Both the position numbers and the translations under genes were made by a program. Below the pieces are notes generated by a model that was given only the letters and a program-made list of their open reading frames with translations, was not told the DNA's origin and ran no database searches. This document shows positions 11,862 to 25,063 of a DNA stretch of 64,000 nucleotides, piece by piece (positions within the stretch are counted from its first letter, which is position 1; the number at the start of each line of letters is the position of its first letter). The stretch comes from Octopus vulgaris (lineage: Eukaryota): assembly GCA_951406725.2 (NCBI GenBank), contig OX597835.1, positions 930,001-994,000 of the forward strand, in the 5' to 3' direction.

Positions 11862-14800
11862 CACAGACATGGCTGTGTGGTAAGTAGCTTGCTTCCTGAC
11901 CACATGGTTCCGGGTTCAGTCCCGCTGTATGGCACTTTGGACAGGTGTCTTCTGCTATAGCCTCAGGCCGACCAAAGCCTTGTGAGTGGATTTGGTAGGT
12001 GGAAGCTAAAAGAAGCCTGTTGTATATATGTACGTGAAAACTGTTCGCTTGTGACCACAAAAAGAGAGATCTCGGTATCAAGGTATGAAGAAAAGATGGC
12101 TGAGCAGAAACACGGACTTCCTAGATAAATATAGCCAGACGATGTCTTGTGAAAACTGTTTATGAACACAAAATAGAGATAAATATTTCGTTATCAAAGA
12201 TATGCAGAAAAATGACTGAACAGAAATACAGATTTCAATGCAACAAAGAATATCACTTATGTAAGAGTCTTGTGGAAATTTCGTTTGTAATCGCAAAGGA
12301 GATAAATACTTCGATATCAAGATACAAAGATAAATAACTGACCAGAAATACAGAATTCAATTGCAGCAGCTCTTTTATCTGTTTGATTATATGTGCAAAA
12401 GTTTGTTGTAGAAATTGTCATTCAACGGCAATGAGTTCTTTTTCCTTTTCTTCTCTTTGACTGGTGGTTCTCCCTTAGACGTCCAAACTTCGACTGACTC
12501 GTGGCTTCTACCTTTGCGTCTCTCTCTAACTTGTTCAGTACACGTGACAAAGCATGTCACAACAACCTCTCAGCACCAAAAGGTTGTCAGAAATGGCACA
12601 TGAACTAACGGCAGACTTATTTCAAACAATATTTCGAGAGTCTACTCCATTAACATGGATATATTTCTGCCAGTGGTCCTTGTTAACTAATAATTTGTTC
12701 TCTATTGATTCATTAGTGCAATCAAAGACCTCGTTTTTTACCTTTTTTTTTATTCTGTTGGGTCTTGTTTCCTAACTGTAATCACATACTTGTTTTTTTC
12801 TCTCCAGACTCAGGGCCTCAAGGGGCAAAGAGAAGCAATTGACCATCATAACGTTTGTTTGGTATTATTTTCAATTTGACCGTTTGGATAAATCTATCTT
12901 GATCAGTCTCTATATCAATAATGGCTGCTAATGGTCAAAGATTCCTTGGGCCTGACTTCCATTACCCTTATGACTTGTCCCTTTCTTGGTCCTGCCCTGT
13001 GAACTGACCATGTTTGTTTGTGTGCCTTGGATCTTTCATTGAGTGAATAGAGGTAATCCATTTGCCAAATCTCCCAAAATTTGATTAAATTGTTCACTAC
13101 ATTTGGATTAGTTTGCTCAAGTTGGGATGGTCATTTGAGTAGAGCAATGTCTTGTCTGTTGGATTGTAGAAGGTCAATGTGTTGCCGTTTTCTGCTGGAA
13201 CATATGTCAGTGGTTGGCTGTTGAGAGAACATTAGATTTCTTGTAGGATAGTGATTAGTTGGTTAGGATTGAGTAATTGGTGTCCAATTGATCATTTAAG
13301 TCTTTCTGTGGTATCCCATTCTTTGCTATGAAGCATCAGAGACAATTACTTGTCTTCAGCACTCAACAACCCATAGGCCAGTTCCGAATGCTCTCTTTGA
13401 CAGACAACTGAAGAGACAAATCCAAACCTGCTTGTCATTGTCAGTTTTGTTGAACTAATTTGGTCCTAACGAGTCAACTGCTGTTTTGGCGAATGGTTTG
13501 CTACTATTGACATGGCCAGCTGGTAGGTCAGGAAAGGGTTCACCCTATCTTTACAACAGACCATACATTCTCTCAGCATTCTTTTAACTTCAGTGCATCC
13601 TCTTGGTAACCAATAATCTTTGTGCAATGTTGCCAGAATACCAATTGGTCCAGAATGATGTTGTAGTTCATTTATAGCAAGTAGTTCCGTGAATCTATGT
13701 TTGGGTGGCAAAAATATGGGTCAGTTTCAACCATGATTTATTTTTTAGTCACACTTGACATCGGATAATCAATTCTTGATCACTGTACAATCTAAGGTTC
13801 TTGGCTAAACTTTGATACTGTTTAGGGTATTGATCCTGATATTCTTGTTGTGTTAGTCTGATCACCGCTTTGGTGGTGGTTAAAATTTCTGAAGCGTTTG
13901 TGATAGAGAAACAAACATTTGAGAACTGATCCCAGTGGATAATTGGTTTATTTCCTGAGTGCAAGACTCCAGTTTTGAATGATTTTTGGGGTGTTTTGCA
14001 GGTTTCCTTTTCAGTCACGATTTCCTCTGCATTCAAAGTTCTCGCTTTCCATTCTTCCACAAACATGATTTTCTCAATTCTGCTAGTTTTGTTCCTCCAG
14101 TTGCAACATTGGCCAGAAACAATACAAAGTGCTAACATTTTAAACAGTAATCAATATATTTCAAAATAATTCGTCAAAATACATATGTGTGAACCAATAT
14201 AAGTCAGTTTTTTAAGAATATGATGTGCTAATTTCTTTAATTTCGAAGGTCGTCACAGCTTACGAAAGTGCCGAACAATTCATCGAAGAAAATTAATTTT
14301 ATTTTATCTCATTCTCGTCACTAATATTTTGTGGAAACTGTTCGCTTGTTACCATAAAAAGAGATAAATATCTCGGTATCAAGATACAAAGAAAAGCTGG
14401 CTGACCGGAAATACGGACTTCATAAATAAATATAGCCAGATGATGTCTTGTGAAAACCAGTAGATTATGAACACAAAATAGAGATAAATATTTCGGTATC
14501 ATATATACACAGAAAAATGACTGAACAGAAATACAGATTTCAATGCAACAAAGAATATCACTTATGTAACAGTGTTGTGGAAATTTCGTTTGTAATCGCA
14601 AAGGAGATAAATACTTCGATATCAAGATACGAAGATAAATAACTGACCAGAAATACAGAATTCAGTTGCAGCAGCTCTTTTATCTGTTTGATTGTATGTG
14701 CAAAAGTTTGTTGTAGAAATTGTCATTTAAGAGAAGTGAGTTCTTCTTCTTCATTTTCTTCTCTTCGACTGGTGGTTCTCTCCTAGACGTCCAAACTTTG

Positions 14801-15082
14801 ACTGACTCATAGCTTCTACCTTTGCGTCTCTCTCCAACTCGCTAAATACATGTGATGACACACATCACGACAATATGTGTGTGTGTGTGTGCTTTTGTGT
14901 CTGTATTTGTCCCCCATCACTGCTTGACAACCAGTGTTGGTGTGTTTATGTCCCTGTAACTAAAAGGTTTGGCAAAAGAGACTGAAAGAATAAGTATTAG
15001 GGGTTGATGTCTTTGACTAAAACCCTTCGAGGCAGTGCTCCAGCATGGCCACAATCAAATGAATGAAGCACATAAAAGAATA
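11862..15082 (+). mobile_element. tRNA-derived SINE (family A, central microsatellite) split by an LTR element
   Basis: The 5' half (11862-12030) and 3' half (14873-15082) join to match the intact copy at 61258-61650. Confidence 0.8.
12031..14872 (-). mobile_element. BEL/Pao-type LTR retrotransposon, internally deleted
   Basis: Direct LTRs at about 12031-12564 and 14328-14872, with a 5-bp TSD ATATG. PBS-like tagtgacgagaatgagat (14306-14323) matches the tRNA-Ser(GCU) 3' complement at 14/18 as recalled. Integrase zinc finger HHSG...YWLPRG...VKRMLRECMVC and BEL-type FWEIWQMDYLYSLNER. Confidence 0.85.
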
Positions 15083-15469
15083 GAGGAATCAACTGATTGT
15101 ATGACCACTTGGAGTTCTATTCATTGCAATCATTTCCTTATGTTTCCCTTAGATAAACCATATTCCTCATGTCTTGCACAGAGTGAGGTGATTGGTGGTC
15201 TGTGCTGTGGGAGGTTTGCCTTGGAGAAAGTGAAAGGCTGTGTTAACCTTTTTGCTAAATTGGTAAACACCAATAGTATCAGACTAAATACCTTGTGGTG
15301 GTATTTAAATATATTCCTTTACGTTCTGTCTTCTAATCACATCCTTATCCATTTTATAATGTGAGGCTTTAACGAAGAATACATATTCGTTCATTTTATA
15401 TCTACTTTTCCATGCTGGTATAAGTTGGGTGAAGGCATTTTGATGTAGTATTTGTTGACGTAAATTCTC

Positions 15470-15953
15470 TCGGGTATCCCCACAGGAGTAAATCCAGGCT
15501 AGACAAGTCTGGGGAACGTGAAGACCAGTTGACATTGCTGTAGGGGGGGGGGTGATTATTCTCTCTCTCTCCAAAGCACTGCCATAGCAACTGCATTGTT
15601 TCTCTTGCAGTATGAGCAGTTGCCCCATTTTGCTGGAACCATGTGTGAGGTCTACTTTGGATGACCAGGTACAAAATGGTCTCAATTATGGATATCTGAA
15701 AGAGAGGGTTTATGTCAATGAACTGAAGGAGAACATCAATAGAGAAATCAGAGAAGTGGGGTCTGAAACTCTTGAGGGAGTTATGGTGCAAGTTTTGGAA
15801 AGAACATGGGTGTGTGAAGCCGAAGATTGTGCCATTTAAGCAGTGTTGTTTTTCAGATGTGGTGTTGCAAAATTTGACTTGTGCATACTTATTTCCATTG
15901 TCCTTTATATTGTATCAAAATTGAAACCCATCACTGACTTTTGGAACACCCTG
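15470..15953. mobile_element. Tc1/mariner transposase fossil with internal inversion
   Basis: Minus strand WFQQNGATAHTA...WSSRSPDLSSLDLLLWGY. Plus strand GYLKERVY...LKENINREI, then terminus CACCCTG-TA. Confidence 0.7.
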
Positions 15954-15960
15954 TATATAT

Positions 15961-17145
15961 ATAAAGTAAATTTAATCGCGTCATCAAAGTGGTTGTTCCA
16001 TGTTACTATAAGTTTAGCCCCAGGCAGATCATCTGCCAGCTGGTTGTTGGTGCAGTGGTGCACCTTATATATATATATATATATATTGCTAGTAGGGGTA
16101 GTGAACCCCTGCCATCCTCTAGCAAACAGCAGAATTGTGAGACTGACTCAGTTTCAAGCTGGTTGACACATCTTCAGTTGCAAGTATCTGGTTGCCAGAG
16201 CAATAGCCAGGGTCCACTCCAGCCAGCAATATATTGAAAACAAAGTGACCATTGGTCACTGATTTGTAACTTCTTCAGCTAGTTGTGAAATCTGAAGAAG
16301 AGATCAGAGTAGTAACTATACTAATAAGTAAAGTTAATTGCCCCATCAAAATGGCCGGTCCACGTTACTACTAGTTTAGCCCCAGGCAAATCTTCTGCCA
16401 GTTAGTTGGCTCTAGTCGCTTTGTTTACAATATATTGCTGGCTGGAGCTGACCTTGGCTACCGCTCTGGCGACCAGGTACTCGCAACTGAAGACAAGCCA
16501 ACCAGCTTGAAACAGTCAATCTCATGATCCTGTTGTCTGCTAGAAGATGGTAGCGGTTTGCTCTCCTTGCTAGCAATATACAGGGTGGAGAGGCAAAAGT
16601 AGGTATCACATCAATGTTATAATGCTTAACTCGTTAACGCTAATTAGTCTCAGTTTTGATATTTTCAGTGTCATTAATCATAATACTTTTATCATAACTT
16701 TTAATTTTGATGCAGCACGGGTCGCGGTCTCAAAGCAATGAAAATATTTTGACAAATTAAATTCAAATGTTGAAGTGAATTTAATGGATTTTATGTGTTT
16801 CTTAAATGGCTTATAAACACCTTCCACGCTGCAATTGTTTTAGTTCCAGCACACGATCTCAGATCAGGTCACTTGCTATGCAAGTACATCTCCATAATTT
16901 AATTTTTTTGATAAAAATAAATGAGTTTTGTACATGGGTTTTCTTTTTCATTACTGTATACCTACTTTTGCACCACCCTGTATATGTATATATAGGGTGT
17001 AGCGCTACACTGATAACCAGCTGGTGGAAGATCTGCCTGGGGTTAAACCAGTTGTAACATGGACCGGCCACTTTGATGTGGCGATTAACTTTACTTGTTA
17101 GTATAGTTACTACTCTGATCTCTTCTTGAGATTTTACAGGTAGCT
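15961..17145. repeat. Interleaved direct and inverted copies of one repeat family
   Basis: 16083-16250 is inverted at 16412-16580, 16276-16410 is inverted at about 17020-17145, and 15961-16070 repeats part of the same unit. Confidence 0.75.
16581..16980. mobile_element. Tc1/mariner-type MITE (400 bp)
   Basis: TA|CAGGGTGG..GCAAAAGTAGGTAT ... ATACCTACTTTTGCACCACCCTG|TA: terminal inverted repeats with a TA target duplication. Confidence 0.8.
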
Positions 17146-17149
17146 ATTT

Positions 17150-17950
17150 TGCCTGTATATTTAACCACAAGTCCTTCAACATCCCAGAGAGATGCAATGC
17201 CACAACTCTAGCTAAGCATGTCTGGGCTTTGAAAGAAAGCACCACGAGTAAAACAAAGTGGCAGATCCAAAAGAAATGCAAACCATAATTGCAGCAGGAA
17301 GTGCAGATTATGCCTGGCTGAGAAGAGAGCAATTTTAAAAGGGACCCAATGCCCGGATGTCTATCTGAATAGCAGGAGTGAGGTGTTTAATCCTTGCCAG
17401 CATGAAAAGAGGTACATCCTATTGTACCTGTGTGCCCCATCATGACTGCAACCACAGGTCCCCTGCCTTGACCTTCCACCAATGGGGAAGCAAAAAGAGT
17501 TTGACCAATGCACACCCCTATAAGGCAGAAACCCCACAAATAGACTGCCTTCCACCAGCCCCCAACACACACCCCTGCACACAAATTGTACCCCCACACA
17601 TTGCACACCACACGCTAACAAAAAAAAAAACAACCCATGATTTTATCCTTTACAGAAAGAAAACAGACCAACGAACACAGGTATATATACCTACAGCCCT
17701 GGATAAACTTATGCACCTGACACCACTACACATATCACATACCCCGTCACCACATTAATAATACCTTCCCCACTCCAAGATAATTCTTACAGGCTTAACA
17801 GCAGACTCAACCAAAGGACATAACTCCTAACCTAATCCCCTGGCCACCTTTTTGTTTCACCAGCTTTTTTCACAGCAGCTGCTGATTGGTTGTGTTAATC
17901 CACCTCCGACACTAGAGAGCAGTCACTACAAAACCCTTTTTTGGGGTCTG
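17150..17950 (+). mobile_element. Penelope-like element 3' remnant (C-terminal half of the GIY-YIG endonuclease + 3' region)
   Basis: FNHKSFNIPERCNATTLAKHVWALKE...KWQIQKKCKP, then after a frameshift CRLCLAEKRAILK and LNSRSEVFNPCQHEKR. Confidence 0.75.
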
Positions 17951-18179
17951 AAAAACGGGATAGAGTGAGGTGGAAGCTTTGTTTTCCTTAGTGAAAATCG
18001 TGCAGGTGAAAAGATCAACGGTGGTGGGGGTGAAATTTCTGAGGCTTCCACCTCACCCCACCCACTTTTCGGACCCAAGCAGAGAGTTTCGTGTATTGGC
18101 ATTTATCAAACACGAATTTGGCCATTGTCATTCTGAAACTTCTGCCTGTTATTACTGTGTGTGTGTGTATGATAGATAG

Positions 18180-18345
18180 ATCACTAGCCACTACACATTC
18201 TTTATTTTCTCTCCTTGTTTCTTTCTGTGGAAGAGCGTAGACTCGAAATATTAAAGACTTTATTTACTTCCCGGGCGTTATACTAATTCATCCATTTGTT
18301 GTCTACACCACCTGTCTTTTGTTTTTGTGTGAATTCTCTCCCTAT
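18180..18345 (+). mobile_element. Short pLTR-like repeat with hammerhead-like motif at 18220-18257 (copy 2 of 3)
   Basis: tcttt-CTGTGGA-a-gagc-gtag-actc-GAAA-tat-T-aaaga, ending in (TA)n. Confidence 0.6.
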
Positions 18346-18829
18346 ATATATATATATAGATAGATAGATAGATAGATAGATAGACAGACAGACACATTTT
18401 CATATGTTGCTATAAAAACATCTCTGGTTATTAAAGAAGAGTTTTGTTAGGAAAGATTTTCAGTTTAAATTTTTCTGTTGACGGAGACTCATCGTTTTGT
18501 CAATGGACCCGGAAGTTGTTTGCAAACTGCAGCAGTAATTTTCTTCAGCTGAATACACGTCATTGATTGGCTAAAATTACCCAAATACGATAACTTTAAC
18601 ACGAAATAACTTCTAAAATACAAAATTTTGTCAAAAACGTTAAGAGTAAACCCTGTTTTATGTGACACATTCTACCAGTATCCGAAGTTTCAAAGTGTTT
18701 AGTTATAAAAAAAAAAAATCTGTCCGTCAAATTGAATAGATCACTTAATTCATTGAAACTAACTTTATGAAAATATTTATTTAAATTACTCACTTCGGAG
18801 ATAGTTTCCATTAATTACCGGGAAATCTG

Positions 18830-19400
18830 GTTGCTATTTCTAGCAGTTTGAGCGACCTTCGGTTCTCTGAATTACTTGCCCTTTAGTCGACCGATCGTCA
18901 GTCTCCGCCTGGAAGTCGTGTTGGACGGTCGCGGTTAGACGTCGAAGGGAAACAACAGCTTTCTGGCTCTTTCACCACTGGACACTGTTATTTACTGCTT
19001 ACAACAAACAAGGAAAACATAAACAACACATTTTGGAAGGTTTTTCTCACCCTTAATAATACTTATGATTCGTATTTTGTTCCGATGTCAGAGGAACACA
19101 TTTTGACGTTTCTCTCTCTCCCATGTGTTCCCCGTTTATTCGTCTTCGCCAGTTTCATTCTGTTGCTATAAATTGATGTCGTTTTAAATATTTGTGTGAC
19201 TTTAAAAACAAATCTATCACATCTCAGTGTGTGCTTCTGTAACAGTTTTCTTTGATATTCGATTGTTTTACTCACAAATTCATCTATCGTCACCAGTCTC
19301 CTCATTAAAAAAAACCAGCAATAACGAAACTACTACTACTAATAATAATAATAATAATATAAATCTTTATTTCCTTCCTTTGCATCCCGAATCAACGATG
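18830..19400 (+). promoter_or_regulatory. Probable CpG-rich promoter/5'UTR of seipin
   Basis: Local CpG enrichment (gtcgaccgatcgtc, ggacggtcgcgg) directly upstream of the seipin ATG in an otherwise CpG-poor window. Confidence 0.4.
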
Positions 19401-20627
19401 ATTGTGGAATGGAGCCGGATCCTCGTTAATTGGATGCAAGACACGGTTCGATGGATATACCTGCAGCTGAAGTACACGATTTCCAAGATTCTAATTTCCA
19501 TCACGATCTTCATCGCTCTCCTCTGGATAGCCCTGTTCGTCTATGGCAGCTTCTATTATGTCTACATGCCGAGTGTGTCGCACGAACGTCCATGTAACTT
19601 TGTGTTTGATGTGTGCGACAACGGCGTCGGCGTGTGTTCGTTTCCCAAGGCCCGCGTCGATCTTACAGACGAGAGCAACCGTTATGTACTCTCCTCCGGT
19701 CAGGCGTACAAAATTATGTTGGTCCTCGAAATCCCCGAATCCGCAGTAAACCAGAAGACTGGTATGTTTTTGGTGAAAGCCCATTTCTACAACCAGTCCA
19801 ACCACTATATACAATCGGCAGCGAAGACCACCATGCTACGGTATCGGTCTAGTCTGTTGCACACCATGTCGACTCTCTTCTATCTGCCGTTCCTCATCAC
19901 CGGAGCCAACGAAGAAAAGCAAATTTTACACGTTGAACTGTTCTCCAAGTATACAGAAGACCCGTACAACCGCGCAGTGGGAGTAGATTTCTTAATATCA
20001 CATCGACACGTCCAACTGTATTCGGCTGTTGTGAAGATATACGCCCATTTCACGGGTTTGCGCTATCTCATGTTCAACTGGCCTGTAAGTTGCGCAGTGG
20101 CGGGCACAGGAATCATATTGACTGTCCTGATATTGTGTGCACTCTTCGCGTGGTATAATTACTTCAACAGTGGTTACATACTGCAACCCAGCAGCCACAG
20201 GATGTTGCTTGAAGAGCGCCGACGACACATGCACGCTCGGCTTCTCCTCGAGGGCCGCCCCACACCGAATCCTCATACGTCGGTTCCGAACGTCGATACG
20301 TCTCAGCGAGCATTCCAGGTCAGTTCTGTTGAAATGTCGACAGTCAGCAGAGATTTGTCTGAGACTGTTCATCGTGAACTTCCTCCATCTGCTGAGTCTA
20401 TTGGTTCTACTGTAACAACTTTGTCTCTTCATAATGTATCGTCATCGTCTACAACTGGCTCCGCCGACGAATGCACCACCATCCTTTCCAACTCTTCACA
20501 CGATTTGGCAGAAGAAAACACTTCTTGCTTCGGCAATTCAGACCCTCAGAAAATTGTTGGTTCCTCGAACGAAGGTGATTTTGAACTTCGACAAAGACAT
20601 ACAACTTCGTCTCATCCTTCCAGTTGA
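19398..20627 (+). CDS. BSCL2: Seipin (BSCL2), single coding exon, 409 aa
   Basis: TM1 (ILISITIFIALLWIALFVYGSFYYVYMP), luminal seipin domain (CSFPKA, GQAY...LEIPESAVNQKTGMFLV, YRSSLL, EEKQ, QLYSA, AHFTGLRYLMFNWP), TM2 and a Ser/Thr-rich tail ending LRQR. First in-frame ATG is at 19398. Confidence 0.95.
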   Translation: MIVEWSRILVNWMQDTVRWIYLQLKYTISKILISITIFIALLWIALFVYGSFYYVYMPSVSHERPCNFVFDVCDNGVGVCSFPKARVDLTDESNRYVLSSGQAYKIMLVLEIPESAVNQKTGMFLVKAHFYNQSNHYIQSAAKTTMLRYRSSLLHTMSTLFYLPFLITGANEEKQILHVELFSKYTEDPYNRAVGVDFLISHRHVQLYSAVVKIYAHFTGLRYLMFNWPVSCAVAGTGIILTVLILCALFAWYNYFNSGYILQPSSHRMLLEERRRHMHARLLLEGRPTPNPHTSVPNVDTSQRAFQVSSVEMSTVSRDLSETVHRELPPSAESIGSTVTTLSLHNVSSSSTTGSADECTTILSNSSHDLAEENTSCFGNSDPQKIVGSSNEGDFELRQRHTTSSHPSS

Positions 20628-22046
20628 TCTGGAGTCGGAAAGAGATGTGGAGAAAGACAGTAAGAAACAAGAAGACTAAGAAAATAGAAAAATCTCCCTG
20701 GAAAAGACTAACAAAGGGAACATTTTCACACTTTCTTTTTGTTTTAGGAAGTTTGAAAATTGCCTTTTTGGTTCGACTGAAGAAGCCGAAAAAAAATTGA
20801 ACATTGACACTAAAAAAATTTATCAAAAATTCCAGCTGGAAAGCAAAACATTACAAAGATCTGGTTATTTATTTTATTATAGATTTATGTTTATAGTTTT
20901 TGTTTTCCTTTCTTCTTACCTTGTTTCTGTTGCTCTTTTCATAACACATTTATTGGGGTTAAAACTAACGAACAAAACGGGTGCTGCGAGGTGAGCTGGC
21001 AATTATCTTAATTAAAACCATTTCACTTCCAGGATGGAATACTTGGACGGCACAACACCCTGTTTCCTACTAATTAATCTTAACTTCGTTTAGGTATTTT
21101 GTGTTTTTAATACGCGTATTTGAAACAATATTGTCAACAAACTGTTATGTTCGTTCGAATTGACACATAACCCCCCCCCCTCCATCTATAATTTTTATAG
21201 GGTGACACATTTTTCTGTCTCCAACGGTAGAAAAATATGTGAAGAGTGTTTAGTTGGGTGGGGAATAAATATATTCTTCTACTTCTGTCATAATTCCATT
21301 CGCATCTTCAATACCTTACAGGACTATGTTAGCCTTTGTCTGCCTCTTTCTATGTCTTTTGTTGTCAAGCCTTGGATGGAAGATCGAACTCAACCTATAT
21401 TTAACGGATCCACACTTGTTTTAGCTCCATGTTGCACTTTAGTCAGTCTTTCGCTGCGAGGTCACATACTTCTGACACAGTTTTCGGATTTTCTTATTGT
21501 AAATCAAAATATATAACAACTGTTTTTACTTAAAAGACTTTATGCTTTGAGGCGCCGATGTTGCCAGCTGAAAAATTGGGTTTCGGTTTCGATCTCAGTT
21601 TGAATCCTTTCACTTTTTTTAAGGCACCAATACCACTTTCACACCTTTCATTTTCCACCGAAGAAAACAAACATTATCAGAATTGTTGTCTTCATTTATT
21701 TATTTGATACTTGTAGCTTTATTTTCTTAATCGATTTTGACATCTCCTCTGGCATAAGTTATCTTCCTTTCAATTTCATTTCCTCAATCGATTGTTTTTT
21801 GTTCTTCAATCTACCTCTGGGACAATCCTGATAACCTAACGGACGTATGATCAAAGCCATTCCAGCCAGTACCAGCTTATCCTTTATTCCTTCTTTCAGA
21901 GACCTATTTCGGTCTACATTAAGTAACGTGTCCTATTTTTAGAAAACAGATTTGATTGCTGTCATCACGAATGTGTGTCATCACGAATGTGTGTGTTGAC
22001 ACAGGCCGTCTGTTGATATCAGCGAATACATAAGTCACGGGTTGCA

Positions 22047-22094
<48 letters not shown>

Positions 22095-22177
22095 ATATAT
22101 ATATAGTACAAAGTAAGATAAGGGTTATGAGGGTAATCCACTATGGGATATCAGTTATATATATATATATATATATT

Positions 22178-22659
<482 letters not shown>

Positions 22660-23617
22660 TAGACATTTAGTAAAAATGTCCTTACAGCTGCTGACCCAAT
22701 GTGAAGGACATTATCACTTGCAAGCCATGCAAGGGCCTACTCCTAATGATAACTGCTGAGATCCTGAGGCTTACCCACTCAATCAGGTAAACTTGATAAA
22801 CTCAGTCGTTTATGAAGTTGAAGTTACAGTAATGCTCCAAAATACTGAAATACAAAAGAGAAATTGTTGGTATATGTAAAGAGAATTTTAAAAGAAGATA
22901 CATCAACCAGCAGTCTTTCCAACACCTGAAGGAAAATAAAGCCACAAAGGTGGCTAGCCATATATGGGGTCTGAAAACAAACTGCTCACTACATACAGTC
23001 AAGAGGAGATTCCTGGAGAAATCCTTGCTATGTGTAGCTTAAAGATCTCATTCTTTTCAGATTCAAGAATTCTACTACACTATTTAATTCTAGATCCAAA
23101 ATTTTTAGCAAAAGCAGGCAAGCATATGAACGAATTTCTTTTGCTGAACTGGTGGACACTAACTACTCTCTCCAGATTAATCATACTGTCTCACAGACTT
23201 TGGCCTCCACTCATTTGAATTTCTCTACACCAGCAATACAAAGGATTTTGGTGGACAGAGAGGATGCAACTCCTTCTTACCTTTTTTTCTTTTTTATTTA
23301 TCTTTCGTTTTCTTGTTCTGCCTTTTCACATTCCACTTTTTTTATTTACCTTCATCTCACCTTTTCTTGTGTTTTCTCATAGACTAGTATCATTTTTCAA
23401 TTAAGACCTGCCATGTGCATTGAAGCTGGAAGGATTGCTTGCAGACATAAAGCATGATATATAAATCTGCCAAATTATTGTCTCCACAACATGACATTAT
23501 TAGTAGCTAATATATAAATACTGTGTATAATGAATGATATTTATCTCTCACTGGATGGAGTGCTTTTTTGCTGATCTTACCAATAATGGAACAGTAAACT
23601 ATATATATATATATATA

Positions 23618-23850
23618 TCCCCTACTTCTTACCTCTCATGTGTGACCCTTCTGTCCGAAGTCAGTTGCCATGATAGATCGTTAGCCACTACACACATTTT
23701 TTTCTCTCCTTGTTTTTTCTGTGTCCTTTTCTGTAGAAGAGCATAGGCTCGAAACGTAAAAGCCTTTTTCTATTCTTGAGTGTTATACTAATACATCTGT
23801 TTGTTTTGTACACCACCTGTCTTCATCTTTTTTTTCGTAAACTCTCCCTA
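23618..23850 (+). mobile_element. Short pLTR-like repeat with hammerhead-like motif at 23727-23762 (copy 3 of 3)
   Basis: tttt-CTGTAGA-a-gagc-atag-gctc-GAAA-cgt-A-aaag, with (TA)n on both sides. Confidence 0.6.
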
Positions 23851-24858
23851 TATATATATATATATATATATAAGGTTTTGAGAAAGACATAATATCATAT
23901 TTCCTCACAGAGATTTTTATCTAAGGCCTGCTGATTATGGTGTTAATGACCTACTGAACATAAAATAAATTGTCCCCTCCATCATCAAATTAAATCGATT
24001 ACGCTACTTCTGCTGTATATTCTTGTGCTTCTATTATAAATCATTGTTACTTTATTGAAAGCAGTGGATGTTAGAATCTGTAGAGAACCAGATAAAACAT
24101 ATTTAGTTTACATGGCTTCACTGGTTGGAATAGATTATATCAGCCACTTCCTCCTCCCCCCCCCAAGAAGTTTTTTTTGTGTGTGTTTGTCTATATCAGA
24201 GATTAAATGTGATTTGGTTTAACTAGACACCACTTCACAGAAAAACTACATTCACATCATTGTCATCATATTATCACTATCATTATCCGTGTGGATGAAG
24301 AGAATGCTTGAAATAGCAGCCAGGTCTTCTTCAAATCCTCTTTCCTATGCACTCTTGGAAAAGAGCTATTCGTTAATGTCATCTTTACTCCCCTTTAGGG
24401 CAAAAGGCTGCAAGAAATAGCATCTCTTAAATCACACCCTACAATCTTTAAAAAGGACACACTGGATAATGATGTAGTCTCAGATCCCCTGCATGTTCAA
24501 AAATTACAAGATAGCCCTGGCTGCAATGGTTTTGGTCATAGATCTAACTTAATGGGGGTTAGGATTCAAAAGTATCCACAAAAGCAACCAGAATTACAGT
24601 ATTAAAGATAATGTAAATCATTGTGAAAATTGCATGGAAAGTGTCAAAATGATAATAATAGCATCTGCTACTCTCTCTCTCTCTCTCTCCTTCTCACACT
24701 CTTCATAGTGTTGATGGCACCACAGTGTGGCATAAATTTCTCTTTATCTAGCTTTCAATGTCCTTATCGAAATGGATCTATTTCTCTAAGACTGCTAACA
24801 ATGCTTGGTAAAAGCATGAAATCACAAGATCCTATTCTCGATATTCTTGTTAAAAAGA

Positions 24859-25063
24859 GCTGGCAAAAATGTTAGCATGCCGGATGAAATGTTTAGTGGT
24901 ATTTTGTTTGTCTTTACGTTCTGAGTTCAAATTCCGCTGAGGTCGACTTTCCCTTTCATCCTTTCTGGGTCAATAAATTAAGTACCAGTTGCATACTGGG
25001 GTTGATCTAATCGACTGGCCCCCTCCCAAAAAATTTCAGGCCTTGTGCCGAGAGTAGAAAAGA
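24859..25063 (+). mobile_element. SINE family B
   Basis: gagctggca...gttctgagttcaaattccgc...ttcatcctt core with an 18-bp TSD atattcttgttaaaaaga. Many older copies follow at 25470-26360. Confidence 0.8.

Noticed and set aside
19227-19397. N-terminal 57 aa of the 466-aa ORF in the track
   Set aside because: It starts at GTG and runs through an (AAT)n tract. Seipin-like sequence begins at ATG 19398.
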